Source of the DNA: Lama guanicoe
Lineage: Eukaryota
DNA length: 64,000 bases
NCBI GenBank assembly: GCA_013239625.1
Contig: MU053369.1
Span: 97,479-161,478 of the forward strand
Direction: 5' to 3'
The notes under the pieces are model-generated. The model was not told the DNA's origin and made no database searches. It saw nothing but the letters and a program-made list of their open reading frames with translations. Below are positions 50,348-61,870 of this stretch, piece by piece. A program made the position numbers and the translations under genes. The first letter of the stretch is position 1, and each line of letters opens with the position of its first letter.

Positions 50348-52929
50348 GTCTCCTGTGCCCCCACCACTTGGTGGCCCTCTGCTCATGGAAACACGATTTC
50401 CCACAACTGTACCCTGCCTCCCAGATGGTCAGAGGGGAGTGTCCCACAAAGACACAGGTGTTTGTGAGGATCCTGTCCCCCAGCAGAAAGCCTACTTCTG
50501 GAGCCACGGACAGGGATCTGGCCTCCTGAGCCGCTCAGCTCTAATTCAAAACCTAAACTGGGGGCCCCGAACATTGCTGAATGACTTTCTGAGTCACCTG
50601 GACTGGAGGGGCCTGATTTTTATTCCCAAGAATGGAAGTAGCGCAGCCTCCATTTTCAGGGATGACATTGATGATGGATCTAGTTCACCCCACTGCATCC
50701 CAGGAAGGAGAGGCCCTTCCATCCCACAGCTTGGAAACCCAGCCCAGGGGAGTTCTGAAGCAGTGCATCGCTGCCAGGTCCAGCATCCCTGCAGAGTGGC
50801 CTCTGTCCCTGAATGAGCCCCTTCCCTGGGCCTTTCCTGCCCCGACATGACCACATGTGCCAGAGCTCTGGGGCTCTGCATGTCCAGGGCACACAGGTGG
50901 GACCTGAGCCAGGTGTCCCCTGGGCCTCAAGGGGGAGAGGTCTGCCTCTGCATCAGGGGAAGGTGACCCCACATGGCTGGCAGGACACTTCCAATATGGA
51001 CCTCCAGGAGCCCAGGGAGCAGTTTCCCTGCAGGTGTTAGGAGCCACATCAGGAGGGCAGGCCCCTCTTTGTGCAGACCATCCCGCAGTGCTGGGCCCAC
51101 GTGCAGACCACAGAAATCTACATGCCCCCAGGATACCCCAGGCAACCTCACAACTTCGTCACTTGGTGACCTGGGTACCACAGGCTCCTTGGCCATCCCA
51201 TGAGGGTGGTCCTTGCAGACATGGCCTCCAGGTACCCACGTTAAGAAGTCCCCCTGGGTTTCTGTGGTCACAGAGCCCACACCAGAAGATTCTAGTCCTG
51301 CAGTGACCCCCACAGCAGTCAACTTCCCCATGCATGTCCAGGGACAAATGACAGCAATTTATTGCCAGGAACCGTGATGAACAAGGGGGTGGGATTCCAT
51401 AATAAGTTCAGGATCCTGGTAACTCACTATGCACCCCAAAAAGCATCCATGAGAAATGTGTGTATTGGGATATCTGTGCCCCCAGGACAGCTGCTCCTGA
51501 GGGCTCCTGGGACCCTCCAGCCCCTCTCAAGGTTCTCAGCGCCTGGGTCTAAATTTCTATCTCCCTCCTTTGGTGTACAGCCACCTGTGTCTCGTGGTCA
51601 CGGGTCACTTTATTGCATGACTTGGCATGTTCTTAGTGCTCGTCCTCCACCCCTGCACTAGACTCCCAAGATGTTCCCACTGACCCTTGGCTCCCTGGGT
51701 GGTTCAGGGGGCCTTAAGTCTGCACCCCTCACTCTCCTCCTCTACCCCCACCCCTGGGGCTACCCCTAGGTGGACTGGGAGGTGTTTGTAAATGAGTCTT
51801 ACACAAGGACACGCCTGGACAAAGCAGGACCCCACCCCCGAAAAGCACACCTGCTCCCTTGTCTGAAGAGGACCCCACAGCCCCACACTGCCTCCCAGGG
51901 GTCTACTCAGGACACAGTCCCCCAGTTCTGGGCAAGGCGTCTCCCTGGAATCCTTGCTTCCAGAAAGAGCCTCTCTGTCCTTCTTCAGAGTTTAGAGTTG
52001 TTCCCATGTTCCTGAGCACCAAGGTGCTCAGCACAGACCCTTCACTGTCCTGGAGAGACAAGGAAGATATGTGGCCACAGGTATCTCAGGATACACCTGC
52101 TGGGACCCCAGGCCAAAGGGCCGTCCTTCTGCCTTCTCAGGTGTGGATTCCGTGGTACCTTTTTGCAGGGGGCCCAAATGGGGAGTGGGGCCCAAAGCAG
52201 TTCATAGGGCTCTCTGGGCAGGGAAGACTTGGGCCAGGTGGCCTTGCCTGGTTTCCCTGCTGGGCCACTCTGAAAACCCCCGCTCCTCTGGCTGTGGCTG
52301 GAGGCCCCCCAAACCTCAGGGCGGGGCCCTTTCAGCCTCCACTGCCTCCAAAGCCAGGCTGGCGCTGGCGTGGGGAAAGAGCTTTCTTGCCCTCTTGAGG
52401 CCAAGTTGCCACAGGTGGATGCTGCGGGGAGCTGGAGAGAGAGGTAGCACTTGCTCAGATGTGAGTGGTTAGGCAATTTGACACTTTGTCAACTAGCCTT
52501 AAACATTGGAAAGAGGACTTTCCCGGGAAAGCTGGAAGTTACTTTCAGTAATTTGTCTAAAGATTTCTTTTTTTTTTTTTCCCTTAAAGACTCATAAAAC
52601 CTCTCCCAGGTCATTCCTGGTATGGACTATTATCCAGGGATCAATCGGGAAATGCAGGAGGAGAGGGGTGCATATGCGGGATAGAGGAGGGGAGATCAGA
52701 GCCCACGGAGAGGAGATGCCCCTCCCAGGAGCCACACACTGGGCACTGGCTGTTGGCATCCAGCTCTCCTGTTCTCAGGCCCATTTCATCTGCGGGGTGT
52801 TTCCAAAAGAAACAATGGTGGAAAGGCCATGGAGGACACCTAGACCTCCAGAATAGACAGGGGGAGCAGAGTCACCATGCTGGCCCTGGGCTTGGAGACA
52901 GACCTGCAGTGGAGACCACAGGTCTTCTG

Positions 52930-53462
52930 AGAACCCAGTTTCGAAATAAAGGCAGTATGCGCTGGAATACCCAGTTCGAGCGAGTGCTTCATCATAGACA
53001 TGTAATTTACATAGTTCTTCTCACCACGAATCTCTGTGTTCCCAACACACTACATGAATGATGGCTTCAACACACATTCATTTCTGAGATGTGAACAAGT
53101 GTAGAGCCGCTCTTTCATCCTGCATAATGGGCATGGTTACACCTAGGAACACTTACCAAGATTTCTCAGCAAGAGCCAATTTCGAAATAAAGGCAGTTTG
53201 CGCAGGGAAAGCCTGTTGGAGTGAGGTCTTCCCCTTACATATGTAAGTTATATAGCTCCCCTCACCATGAAACGCTGTTCCCAACATGCTACATGCATGA
53301 AGGCTTCGACACACATTCAGTTCTAAGATGTTAGCATGTGGAGAGCCGCTCTTTCATCCTGCATAATGGGCATGGTTACACCTAGGAACACTTACCAAGA
53401 TTTCTCAGCAAGAGCCAATTTCGAAATAAAGGCAGTTTGTGCTGGAAAAGCCTGTTGGAGCG
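52930..53462. repeat. ~240-bp tandem repeat relic (about 2.2 copies), satellite-like
   Basis: TCGAAATAAAGGCAGT starts at 52941, 53182 and 53421 (periods 241 and 239); the intervening sequence aligns between copies. Confidence 0.9.
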
Positions 53463-54329
53463 TGTTCAGAGCTGTTTCAGTCTCTGTCACAGCTGGAGGG
53501 TGCAAACCCCAACCTCCAGAAAGAGGGGCCAGGCCCCCCACCCGCCAGGTGGTGTTGCCTTTGTTGGAGAACAGTGATCTTTGGGTTAGATATTTTGCGG
53601 CTCTCTCTAAAACTTGCTTTGACTTAAGTTTGCATCCTAGTCACCAGTTCCAGGGCAACAGAAAAAGCATACCCTACATCCCTTTGCACTCAAATCTTCC
53701 CAAAAGAGCAAATATGTGCTCATGAAAATATCAGCTGCTCTTCTAAGGCCCCCTAAATTCCCAGCAGTGTGGGCGGTGCACTCTTGATCAGGGACAGGAG
53801 GAGAGGGACCAGCGGTCCTCTGGCAGGGTTGGCCCGGTGCGGCAGCTGCGCTGTGGGTGCGTGGTGGGGAGGGCCATGCAGGGAATGCTGTTTGAGGGGC
53901 CTCTGTGCACGCCTGCATTATGGTCTGAGGTTTCATACAAAGTCTCCAGGCATCGTAACTGGTCACATACAGCCCCCACCATCGGGCTGGAACCACCAGG
54001 AGCTCAGTATCTGTAACAGGGACAGTGCCTGGTGTAGGGAGAGATCATGGGACACTCCGGGGGCAGAGGCGGAGGTGCTGGGGAAGGCAGGGGATGCAGT
54101 GAAGGGTGGAGGAAGCAGGGTCCCTTGCTTGGGGGTGAGAGTTCTTGGGGAAACCACAGAGCATGGCACACAGCATCCCCACCCCATACCCCAAATTCCT
54201 AGCCCCGCCAACACAAGGGCTTCTCTGAACCCTCTCACCGTGGCTTGCCTGTAAGACCGCACCCAACCCGGCATCTGGCACCCCAGCCCTACCTCCCCTC
54301 TTGGGACAGATCCCGTCTTCTTGGAAACT

Positions 54330-55230
54330 GCCCATCAGCGCGAATTCAAGGCCGGCAGCGGGCCTGGCGGATTTGCACTTCAGGTGCCCTAACTGGCCAG
54401 CTGTGTGTGCCTGGGTTCAGTCCTCTCTCTTGCCCAACGGCAGCCTGGGTCCACGTCCGGTGCAAGCGGAGGCCGCGGAGCCCAGGCAGAGCCACGCATA
54501 CGGACAGGTGAGGGTGCCCCCGCCCCGCTGCCCCGCTGCCCCGCTGCCCCGCCCACTAGTGGCGGCACTGCCCCAGCCTCCGGCCGGCGCCACCTGCAGG
54601 TCAGGACTTCCACGTAGCCGCGCCCGCCCCGGGCCCGCCCAGCTGCCCCATAAGCCTCCCCCCAGCCCCCGTCCTGGCCGCGCCCTGGCTCCCATTGGCT
54701 CCGCAAGTTCTGCCCTCGCACGTCTAGCCTCGGAAGGAGGCACGACGCAAGCGCAGGGGAGGGCCCCGCGGCGTTGCCATGGCTACAGGCGCCGCGCCCC
54801 GCAAGGCCAGCGTGCACTTCTGGGGCGGGGAGCGGGCTCCGGAAATGTGTAGCTGCTAGGGACAATGGCTGTGCTTGCTGCTGGGGCTGGCGGCTTGCTC
54901 TGCCTGGCGACTAGTTCTGGCCTGGTCAGTCGGCGGCAGACATCTTGTCTGGGGCGGCGTCCCACAGATGGTAAACCTACGGCCGCGCAGTTGGCGGGGC
55001 CAGTGGACATGGACCGGGGTGGGATCTGGGTTGGTGTGGCGGCCGGGGAGGGGCTGTGGTGCCGGGGAGCGGGTTGGGGCGGGGGGGGACAGGGCTGGGA
55101 CACAGCCTCGGGCTTTCCTCCCCCTCGGGCTCTGGGGCTGGGACCGCGATTCCGGGTAGCCCTGAGTGGCGGCGGCCTCCCAGAACCCCCGGGAAGGGCA
55201 AGCGGAGGACCCGTCTTTTATGAAGCGGGG
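54330..55230. promoter_or_regulatory. CpG island / promoter carried with the POFUT2 copy
   Basis: Very GC- and CpG-rich. Motif matches: CTCF-like CCTGCAGGTGGCGC (minus, ~54587-54600), inverted CCAAT (ATTGG ~54694), RFX X-box-like GTTGCCATGGCTAC (54773-54786), GC box GGGGCGGGG (~54822-54830) and ETS-like CCGGAA (~54839), all just upstream of the ATG. Confidence 0.75.
54865..54970 (+). pseudogene. POFUT2: POFUT2 pseudogene exon 1 (frameshifted signal-peptide exon)
   Basis: Shifted frames read LCLLLG... and [18 protein letters not shown], matching POFUT2 ...FLLLGAV...[20 protein letters not shown]. Donor ATG|gtaaac at 54971. ATG to donor is 106 nt, versus about 131 nt expected from the human protein, so the POFUT2 frame is lost. 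Confidence 0.9.
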
Positions 55231-55626
55231 CCTTACCCGTGTTTTGAAGAGCCCCAGAATCAGATGTTGGAATGGGGTGGTTTATCAGCCTTGTTTATCT
55301 GCAGGGAAATTTCAGTTCCATCCAGATTTTGGCTCCCTCGGTAAACCTCAGGAATAAGACAAGGGTCAGTGCCGATTAGCAGTTATCTAGGGCTTGACTC
55401 AAAATAGACTGTGCGGGCTGTAGGGATGGTAGATGGGCCCTCCCTCTCAAGGTTGGCAGTCTTCTGGGATTAGAGGCCCCAGTGGAGGATTACATTCTCA
55501 TCTGCAGTAATGGAGGTTGTGGGAAACATTAACACAGGGAAGGTAGGGGTGTGGCTGCTGTAAATCATTAAAGAAACCAGGACCCTTGCCTGGCTCTTGT
55601 GTAGGAGAGTCTCGCCTAGGGTAGGG

Positions 55627-56097
55627 CAGCAGTTATCAAAGTGTGTCCGAGGCCCCTGAGATGCAAGACTATTTTCGTAGAAACGCCGGGATGTCACCTG
55701 CCTTTTGCACACTCTTGCACTCCAGAGTTTCCTGTGGGGTTTTCCAGGGAAAACCTGGTCTGTGATATCACAAAACAGGGAATGTAGAGGCAGATAGGAG
55801 AATTCAGCTCTCACCAGTCCAAAACAGATTTGCAGAAATTAAAATCACTGCTATTCTTCTCATTAATGATTTTTGTTTAGAAAAATGTACTTACTATTTG
55901 CTAAAGAGTATTAATGGTAACATGTAGTAGGTTGTTATTATTTTTAAGTGAACTCATAAGCATTTTTTAAAGTTCTTATTTAACTTCTAACACAGGAACT
56001 ATTGATAGATTTAACCCACATAAACAGCAGCCTTTTGGAGTCCTCAGTAATTAAGAGTGTACAGGGGTCTGTAGACCAAGAAGCTTGAGAGCCCCTG
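55627..56097. mobile_element. hAT-Charlie-like MER element in intron 1 of the POFUT2 copy
   Basis: Ends cagcagttatcaaagtgtg ... aagcttgagagcccctg resemble Charlie terminal inverted repeats. Confidence 0.55.
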
Positions 56098-56365
56098 CAG
56101 AACGGGTGCTCAGGTACTAGTCAGGTGCTTAGCGTTGTTAGACAGATGCCAAGATGTCTTCTGCATGTGCTCCCGGAGTCGAAGTAATTGGCCACATGGA
56201 GATGGGTGGGCAGTGCCTCCACTATACAAACCAGAAGCTGCTGAAGGTGTCTTGAGTCTAGGCCATGTGCTGTGCAGGGATTCCTGTTGTATCTGTTCTA
56301 TCTAAGCCAGGATTCCTGTGCAGAGGCCTGGCCCTGAAGACCCGCTCTCCTTTGCTCCCTGCCAG

Positions 56366-56615
56366 GTACCTTCTGTGTGACTTCAACTCTCTAGAGGGCT
56401 TCAGCCTCTGTAGGGGCATCTGTATCCACATCGCCTTCCTCCTGAAGACCCTGCTGAAAATGGAGGAGTCGGTGCTGGTGCTACCCGCTTGGGGCCGCCT
56501 CTACCATTGGCAGAGCCTGGACATCCACAGGTCCGGATTCCCTGGTCTTTCTTTTTTGATCTCTCAAGTCTCAACAGAAACATCCCTGACACTGAGTACG
56601 AACAGTTCATTGCAG
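56366..56615 (+). pseudogene. POFUT2: POFUT2 pseudogene exon 2 (protein O-fucosyltransferase 2, GT68)
   Basis: Acceptor ctccctgccag|, donor CAG|gtgaga. Reads [54 protein letters not shown], then a 1-bp deletion near 56528, then [33 protein letters not shown]2 has [83 protein letters not shown]. Confidence 0.96.
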
Positions 56616-57074
56616 GTGAGATGGTGATCGTTTAACTGGGGCCAGACGGTTGTTGTTCTGGTTCCGATGTGAACATCGGGCCGTCTTGCTTCGGGCTTGT
56701 CGGTCTGCTTAGGGGTCCTGCTCATGTTTCCCTCACTGCAGGTGAATTTGGTCTTTCCATAGTTTTTCTCAGGTAATATATCTGAAGTGTATGAGCTCTG
56801 TGTTCCCTCCCCTCTGAAAACCCTGGCCTCCTGGTGAGATGGAGCGGTGACAGGGAGGCCACTGCCACAGAGGCCTTGTCCCAGCAGGACTCGCTCCCTG
56901 GGCAGTAAGGGCCATTCTTACCTGAAGGAGTGTGTGTAGCATGGGCCATGTGCTGGAGAAGGTATTTAACCTCTCATTCAGTATAATTTGGTCCTTCTCA
57001 AACTTCCCATTTTACTTTGTGTAAGAGGTAAGAGTTGAAGATTTTCTTTGAATAAAGGTATTTAGAGCTTATCT

Positions 57075-58665
57075 TTTTTTAATTGAAATGTGGTTGATTT
57101 ACAATGTTTTGTTAGTTTCAGATACACAGCTGTTTTGTTAGTTTCAGGTATACAGCATAGTGATTCAGTTGTACATATACATAGCCTATTCTTTTTCAGG
57201 TTCTTTTCCATTATAGGTTGCAAGATACTGAATATTTTCCCCTGTGTTCTGCAGTGAATCCTTGTTGTTTATCTATTTTACATATAGTAGTTTGTAATTG
57301 TTAATCCCAAACTCCTAAGTTTGTTTTCTAAGTCTGTGAGTCTGTTTTTGTTTTGTAAATAAGTTCATTTGTATCATTTTTAAAAATTCCTCATATAAGT
57401 GATATCATATGATACTTGTCCTTCTCTGTGTGAGTTATTTCACTTTAGTGTGATAATCTCCAGGTCCACCCATGTTGCTGTAAATGGCATTATTTCCTTC
57501 TTTGTTATGACTGAGCAATATTCTTTTATATCTAAATACTACATCTTTACCCAGTCATCTGTCAGTGGGCGTTTAGATTGCTTCTATGTCTTGGCCATTG
57601 TAAACAATGCTGCTGTGAACATTGGGGTGCAGATATCTTTTGGAATTAAGGTTCCCTCTGGATATATGCCCAGGAGTGGGATTGCTGGATAAAATGATAA
57701 GTCTTTTTTTAGTCTTTTGAGGACTCTCCATAATGTTTTCTACAGTGGCTGCAACAAACTACATTCCCACCAAAAATTTAGGACGGTTCCCTTTTCTCCA
57801 CAGCCTCTCCAGCATTTATGGTTTGTGGATGTTTGAATGGTGGCCATTCTGACTAGTGTGAGATGATAACTTATTGTAGTTTTGATTTGCATTTCTCTGA
57901 TAATTAGCGATATTGAACCTTTTTTTCATATGCCTATTGGCCATTTGTATATCTTCATTGGAGAATTGCTTGTTTAGTTGTTCTGCCCATTTTTGGATTG
58001 GGTTGTTTATTTTTTTCTTATTAAGTTGTATGAACTATTTATATAGTCTAGAAGTTAAGCCATGTTCAGTCTCATCTTTTGCAAACATTTTCTCCCATTT
58101 CATAGGTTGTCTTTATGTTTTGCTTATGGTTTCTATTGCTGTGAAAAAGCTGATAGGTGTAATTAGGTCCCATTTGTTTATTTTGGCTTTTATTTCTGTT
58201 GCTTGGGTGGATTGTCCTAGGAAAACATTGCTGAGATGTATGTCAAATAATGTTTTGCCTATGTTTTCTTCTGAGAGGTTTATAGCGTCTTCTCTAATGT
58301 TTAAGTCTAAGCTATTTTGAGTTTGTTTCTTTTTTATTTTTTTTTTTTTGCGACTCTATTGTATGCTTTCGATTTGTGGTTACCTTTTTCTTTCAAGTAT
58401 ATCAACCCACTACTATATCTATTTCCTTTAGACTGATAATCACGTAGGCTCCAACACATCCTAAGAATAATGAGGAAAAAAAAGAAAGAGAAAAAAGTCT
58501 ATCTTTTCTTGCTACCGTCTCCCATCCCCACCTTTTTGTATTTTGATGTACTTTTTCTTTTTTACATCTTCATGTTTATTGTCTTGTAACTTGTTATTGC
58601 ATTTCCAACTATGGTTTCCCATCTCTATAGTATCCTGCTTCCTTTCTGTTTAGAGTAGAACCTTT
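57075..58665 (-). mobile_element. L1 LINE: 3' UTR and ORF2 C-terminus (to ~58320) joined to a probable inter-ORF fragment
   Basis: Poly(T) start, then ttgatttacaatg...gttagtttcagg and typical antisense ORF2 motifs (ggatatatgcccaggagtgggattgctgg, ttttgatttgcatttctctgataattag); 26-bp internal tandem duplication at ~57105-57156. Confidence 0.9.
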
Positions 58666-61569
58666 TAATGTCTCTGGTTCAATAATGCTGAATTATCTCC
58701 CCACCCCCTCCCCCCTGCGCCTCTGAATCCTGAGTCCAGGGAAGCCAAACCATCCTAGCCTTCATCGGTTCTGGGAAAGCAATCTTCAGAGTGGGAAAGA
58801 AAACATTGAAAAATAATATTCTGTGTGTTGCTTTCTACCCTTGCCCAGAGAGTCAGAATCACCTCTGAAGGCGGAGGAAGAAATTTGGAGGTGCGGGGCA
58901 CAAAGTCTTTTCTCCTTTTGCTACTGAAAAAATGATTGCTTTTGTAATTAGTGATGATGCCCTTTAAATTGGTGAGATCGAGACTCCACAGCTTCAGCGC
59001 CTGTGAATAACCAGCGAGCCCTGGAGGCCGCAGGGAAGTGCAGCGAGCCCAGGAGGAGCGGGCACTTCCCCAAAGCTGGGTTGACAGGTCATAACCAACT
59101 CACTGGGGACCGAGAGGTACCGAGATATTGTTAACTTTTTGTCCCTCTTCCTTAAAAAAACTGCTTCCTGTTGAATAGCCTGTGTCGTTAGTGAGAATTA
59201 AAGACATGAAGCAACATTTCCTCAAAGTCATCCATTGTGTAGTTGTTAATAAGGGTCAAATGCAAACTTGAATAGATGAAATGAATCATTCATCAGAGGA
59301 TTTTAAAACCCTTTAAAATAAAAACTCTTGCTGCCTTTGTTCTTCATTTCAGGGTTCACTTGGTGATAATTATAGTAACCAAAGCAACAGCAAACCCTTA
59401 CAGAGCTCTGTCCTGCTGTTCCAGGAACGCTGTGTTCACAACAACCCAATGAGGTGGCACTTTACAGGAAGGACAGTCATTAATCACACAGGTAGTAAAT
59501 GGCAGAGCGGGGACTTGAACCCAAGCTCTCTGGCCCCAGAGCCCCCTCTCAGCCCCTTCACTGCAGCTCATCACTTGGCATGCCCAACACAGGCCAGCAT
59601 TAAGGAGCAGCGTGACCTTGGCCAAGACTGCTTCACCGCTTGGTCTCTGTTTCCTCATCTGTAGAATGGGGGTGTGGGCAGTGAACTCTGCGAGCTCAGT
59701 GGTCACTTCCTCCAGCCCTGCTATTCTTCTGCTTTGAGTTAATTTAGTAAGTATCCGAGCCTCTGCATGGCCCACACATGGGCTGGTGCTTTGCTAGGCC
59801 CTGGGTTACGGAGAAAAGTAAGATCAGCCTGCTTCTCCGAGTAGCCTGTGTCCCTCCATGGGAAGCAGCTGTGAGGCCCAGGCTCCCTCGCTGGTGGCCG
59901 GGGGTTGGGCAGGAAAGTCTGATAGAAGATGGAGGCAGAGCCCCTCCGGGAACAGTGGTGGCCACACAGCTCTCAGGAGCGGGGGAGTCTGTCCAGGCTG
60001 CTGAGAGGCGAGTCCTCATGAGGCCAGTAACCCCCCCAAAACTAAGCCCTCAGGACAAAGATCCAGCCATCCCTGCAGTGTCACCATAGAGCCAGTCCAT
60101 CCTCATCACTGTGCCTCTGTGTTCCTTTGTCGTGGGGCCTCTCTTCCCCCTACACCCAGAAGACATTTCTCCCTCTCTACTCTGAGGGTCCCCTCACTTC
60201 ACCCGTGGTCCCTGCTTCCTGGGTAACCATCTCTGGAGTTGACACTTTGCCCCCTCATACCACCCTTTTGATCAGGAGCCTGGGTTGGCCTCCTTGTGCT
60301 CACATTCCCCCTTCAGATGATTGCTCCTTCTCTAGTGGGAGCAACAGGAAAATCCAGATCCTTTCCTAGCAGTGCCTGCCACCCTGGCCTCCCTGCTCAT
60401 CTGCCTCAGTCAGGAGCACCTGGACCACTAGCTCTGTATTGCCTCACCTCCTACCATCAAGACTTCAAAGTTCATTCTCCCTCCACCACCCAGTATGGTC
60501 ATTTTAGGGTCTTCTTCTCCGTCAGCCTGAGCCAGCCACCCCCCATTCCCCCTACCCCCGGGCTCATACCCGGGCATGTCTCCACCCCAGTTTCAGCCTC
60601 TCTCCTTTATGTGCCCACCTCTAGCCATCTGGCTGCTTCTCCACCAGCCTCCCTGGGGCTCCTTCACCCTCACTGGGGCATCAAGCGCTGACTCCTCTGC
60701 TTTCCTGCCTGTCCACGTTCCTCTTACTTCCACTTCCCCACCTTCCAGCTCTGCATCCACAGTCAGCACTCTCTTTATGACAAACAAAACCCCCTTGACC
60801 CTTGATCTTTTCAGTTCCTACATCTCAGTTCACCCAGCTCTATTTGTTCTGAGCGTGCAGGCAGCAGGCTCTCCCAGCACAGATTTCTAAGACTACAAAT
60901 CAATGCCCACCATGTTGCCACTGCCAGGCAATCCTCCAGGATTTCTCTAGTGAGCACATTTCCCCACTTGCCACACAGTGGTGTCAACATTCTATGCTCT
61001 CTGCACACCTCTAAGCTTCCCTCTGTCTCTTCCCTGACTCCCAGCAGATGGCCTTGCCTCCTGCTTCAGAGAGAATGACATGTCACTGGAAAGGAACTCG
61101 CTCACCTGCAGCAAATCTGCTCACCTCACCTTTTATCTGTCTCTCTCCCACCTGGACTCTAGCTGTAGTTGTTCTTAATTTAGTGAGTTTAGTTGACATA
61201 TATATACACAGTTAAAAGCACAGCACACTATCGGCTACCTTCTAGGGCTTATTTTTCAATTTAACATACAGTGTATGATTCATTCATTTCATTGCATGTA
61301 CCTGCAGTTCATTTGTTTTAACTGATCTTAAATATTGTGTGTGTGAAAGTAACACAAGAGAAGGGTAAGCCAGGATTCAGGATGCTGGTTACTTCCTGTG
61401 AGAAGAGGCCAAGGGCAGGATACGGAAAGAGGACACAGTATGTCACTGTCAATAGTCCTGTTCAGATGCTGGGTGATAGGTTCACAACTGTTTCTTATAA
61501 TATTAATTTTAATACATAAATACTTCTGACAGTCACCTAAGGTGAGAATGTGTCATGAACCAAGATATA

Positions 61570-61870
61570 CAATGGATAATATTACATCATTATTGTTATG
61601 TAACCTTGTTATGAAATATATTAATCATAATCCTACATTGTTATGTGTTATATATTATATAGATGCATGAATTATATATTATGTATATAAATAACTACAT
61701 AAGTATTATATACTATCTGAAAATAAACAGAACATAACATGCTAGTATATCTACTATTACGCATTATTTAATAAATAATATAATATATCCTGTTATATGA
61801 CATGGCACCTAATCTTTAATCAAATAAAAATATGTCACTATATGTAATGGTAATTAATAAAATTAAATGA
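61570..61870. repeat. AT-rich low-complexity region
   Basis: Degenerate TA/ATT-rich sequence. Confidence 0.75.

Noticed and set aside
54865..55344. 159-aa ORF read as a mitochondrial-targeted protein
   Set aside because: It is frameshifted POFUT2 exon 1 reading into GC-rich intron 1.
57399..58320. Hydrophobic 97-aa and 135-aa ORFs
   Set aside because: Antisense translation of L1 ORF2.
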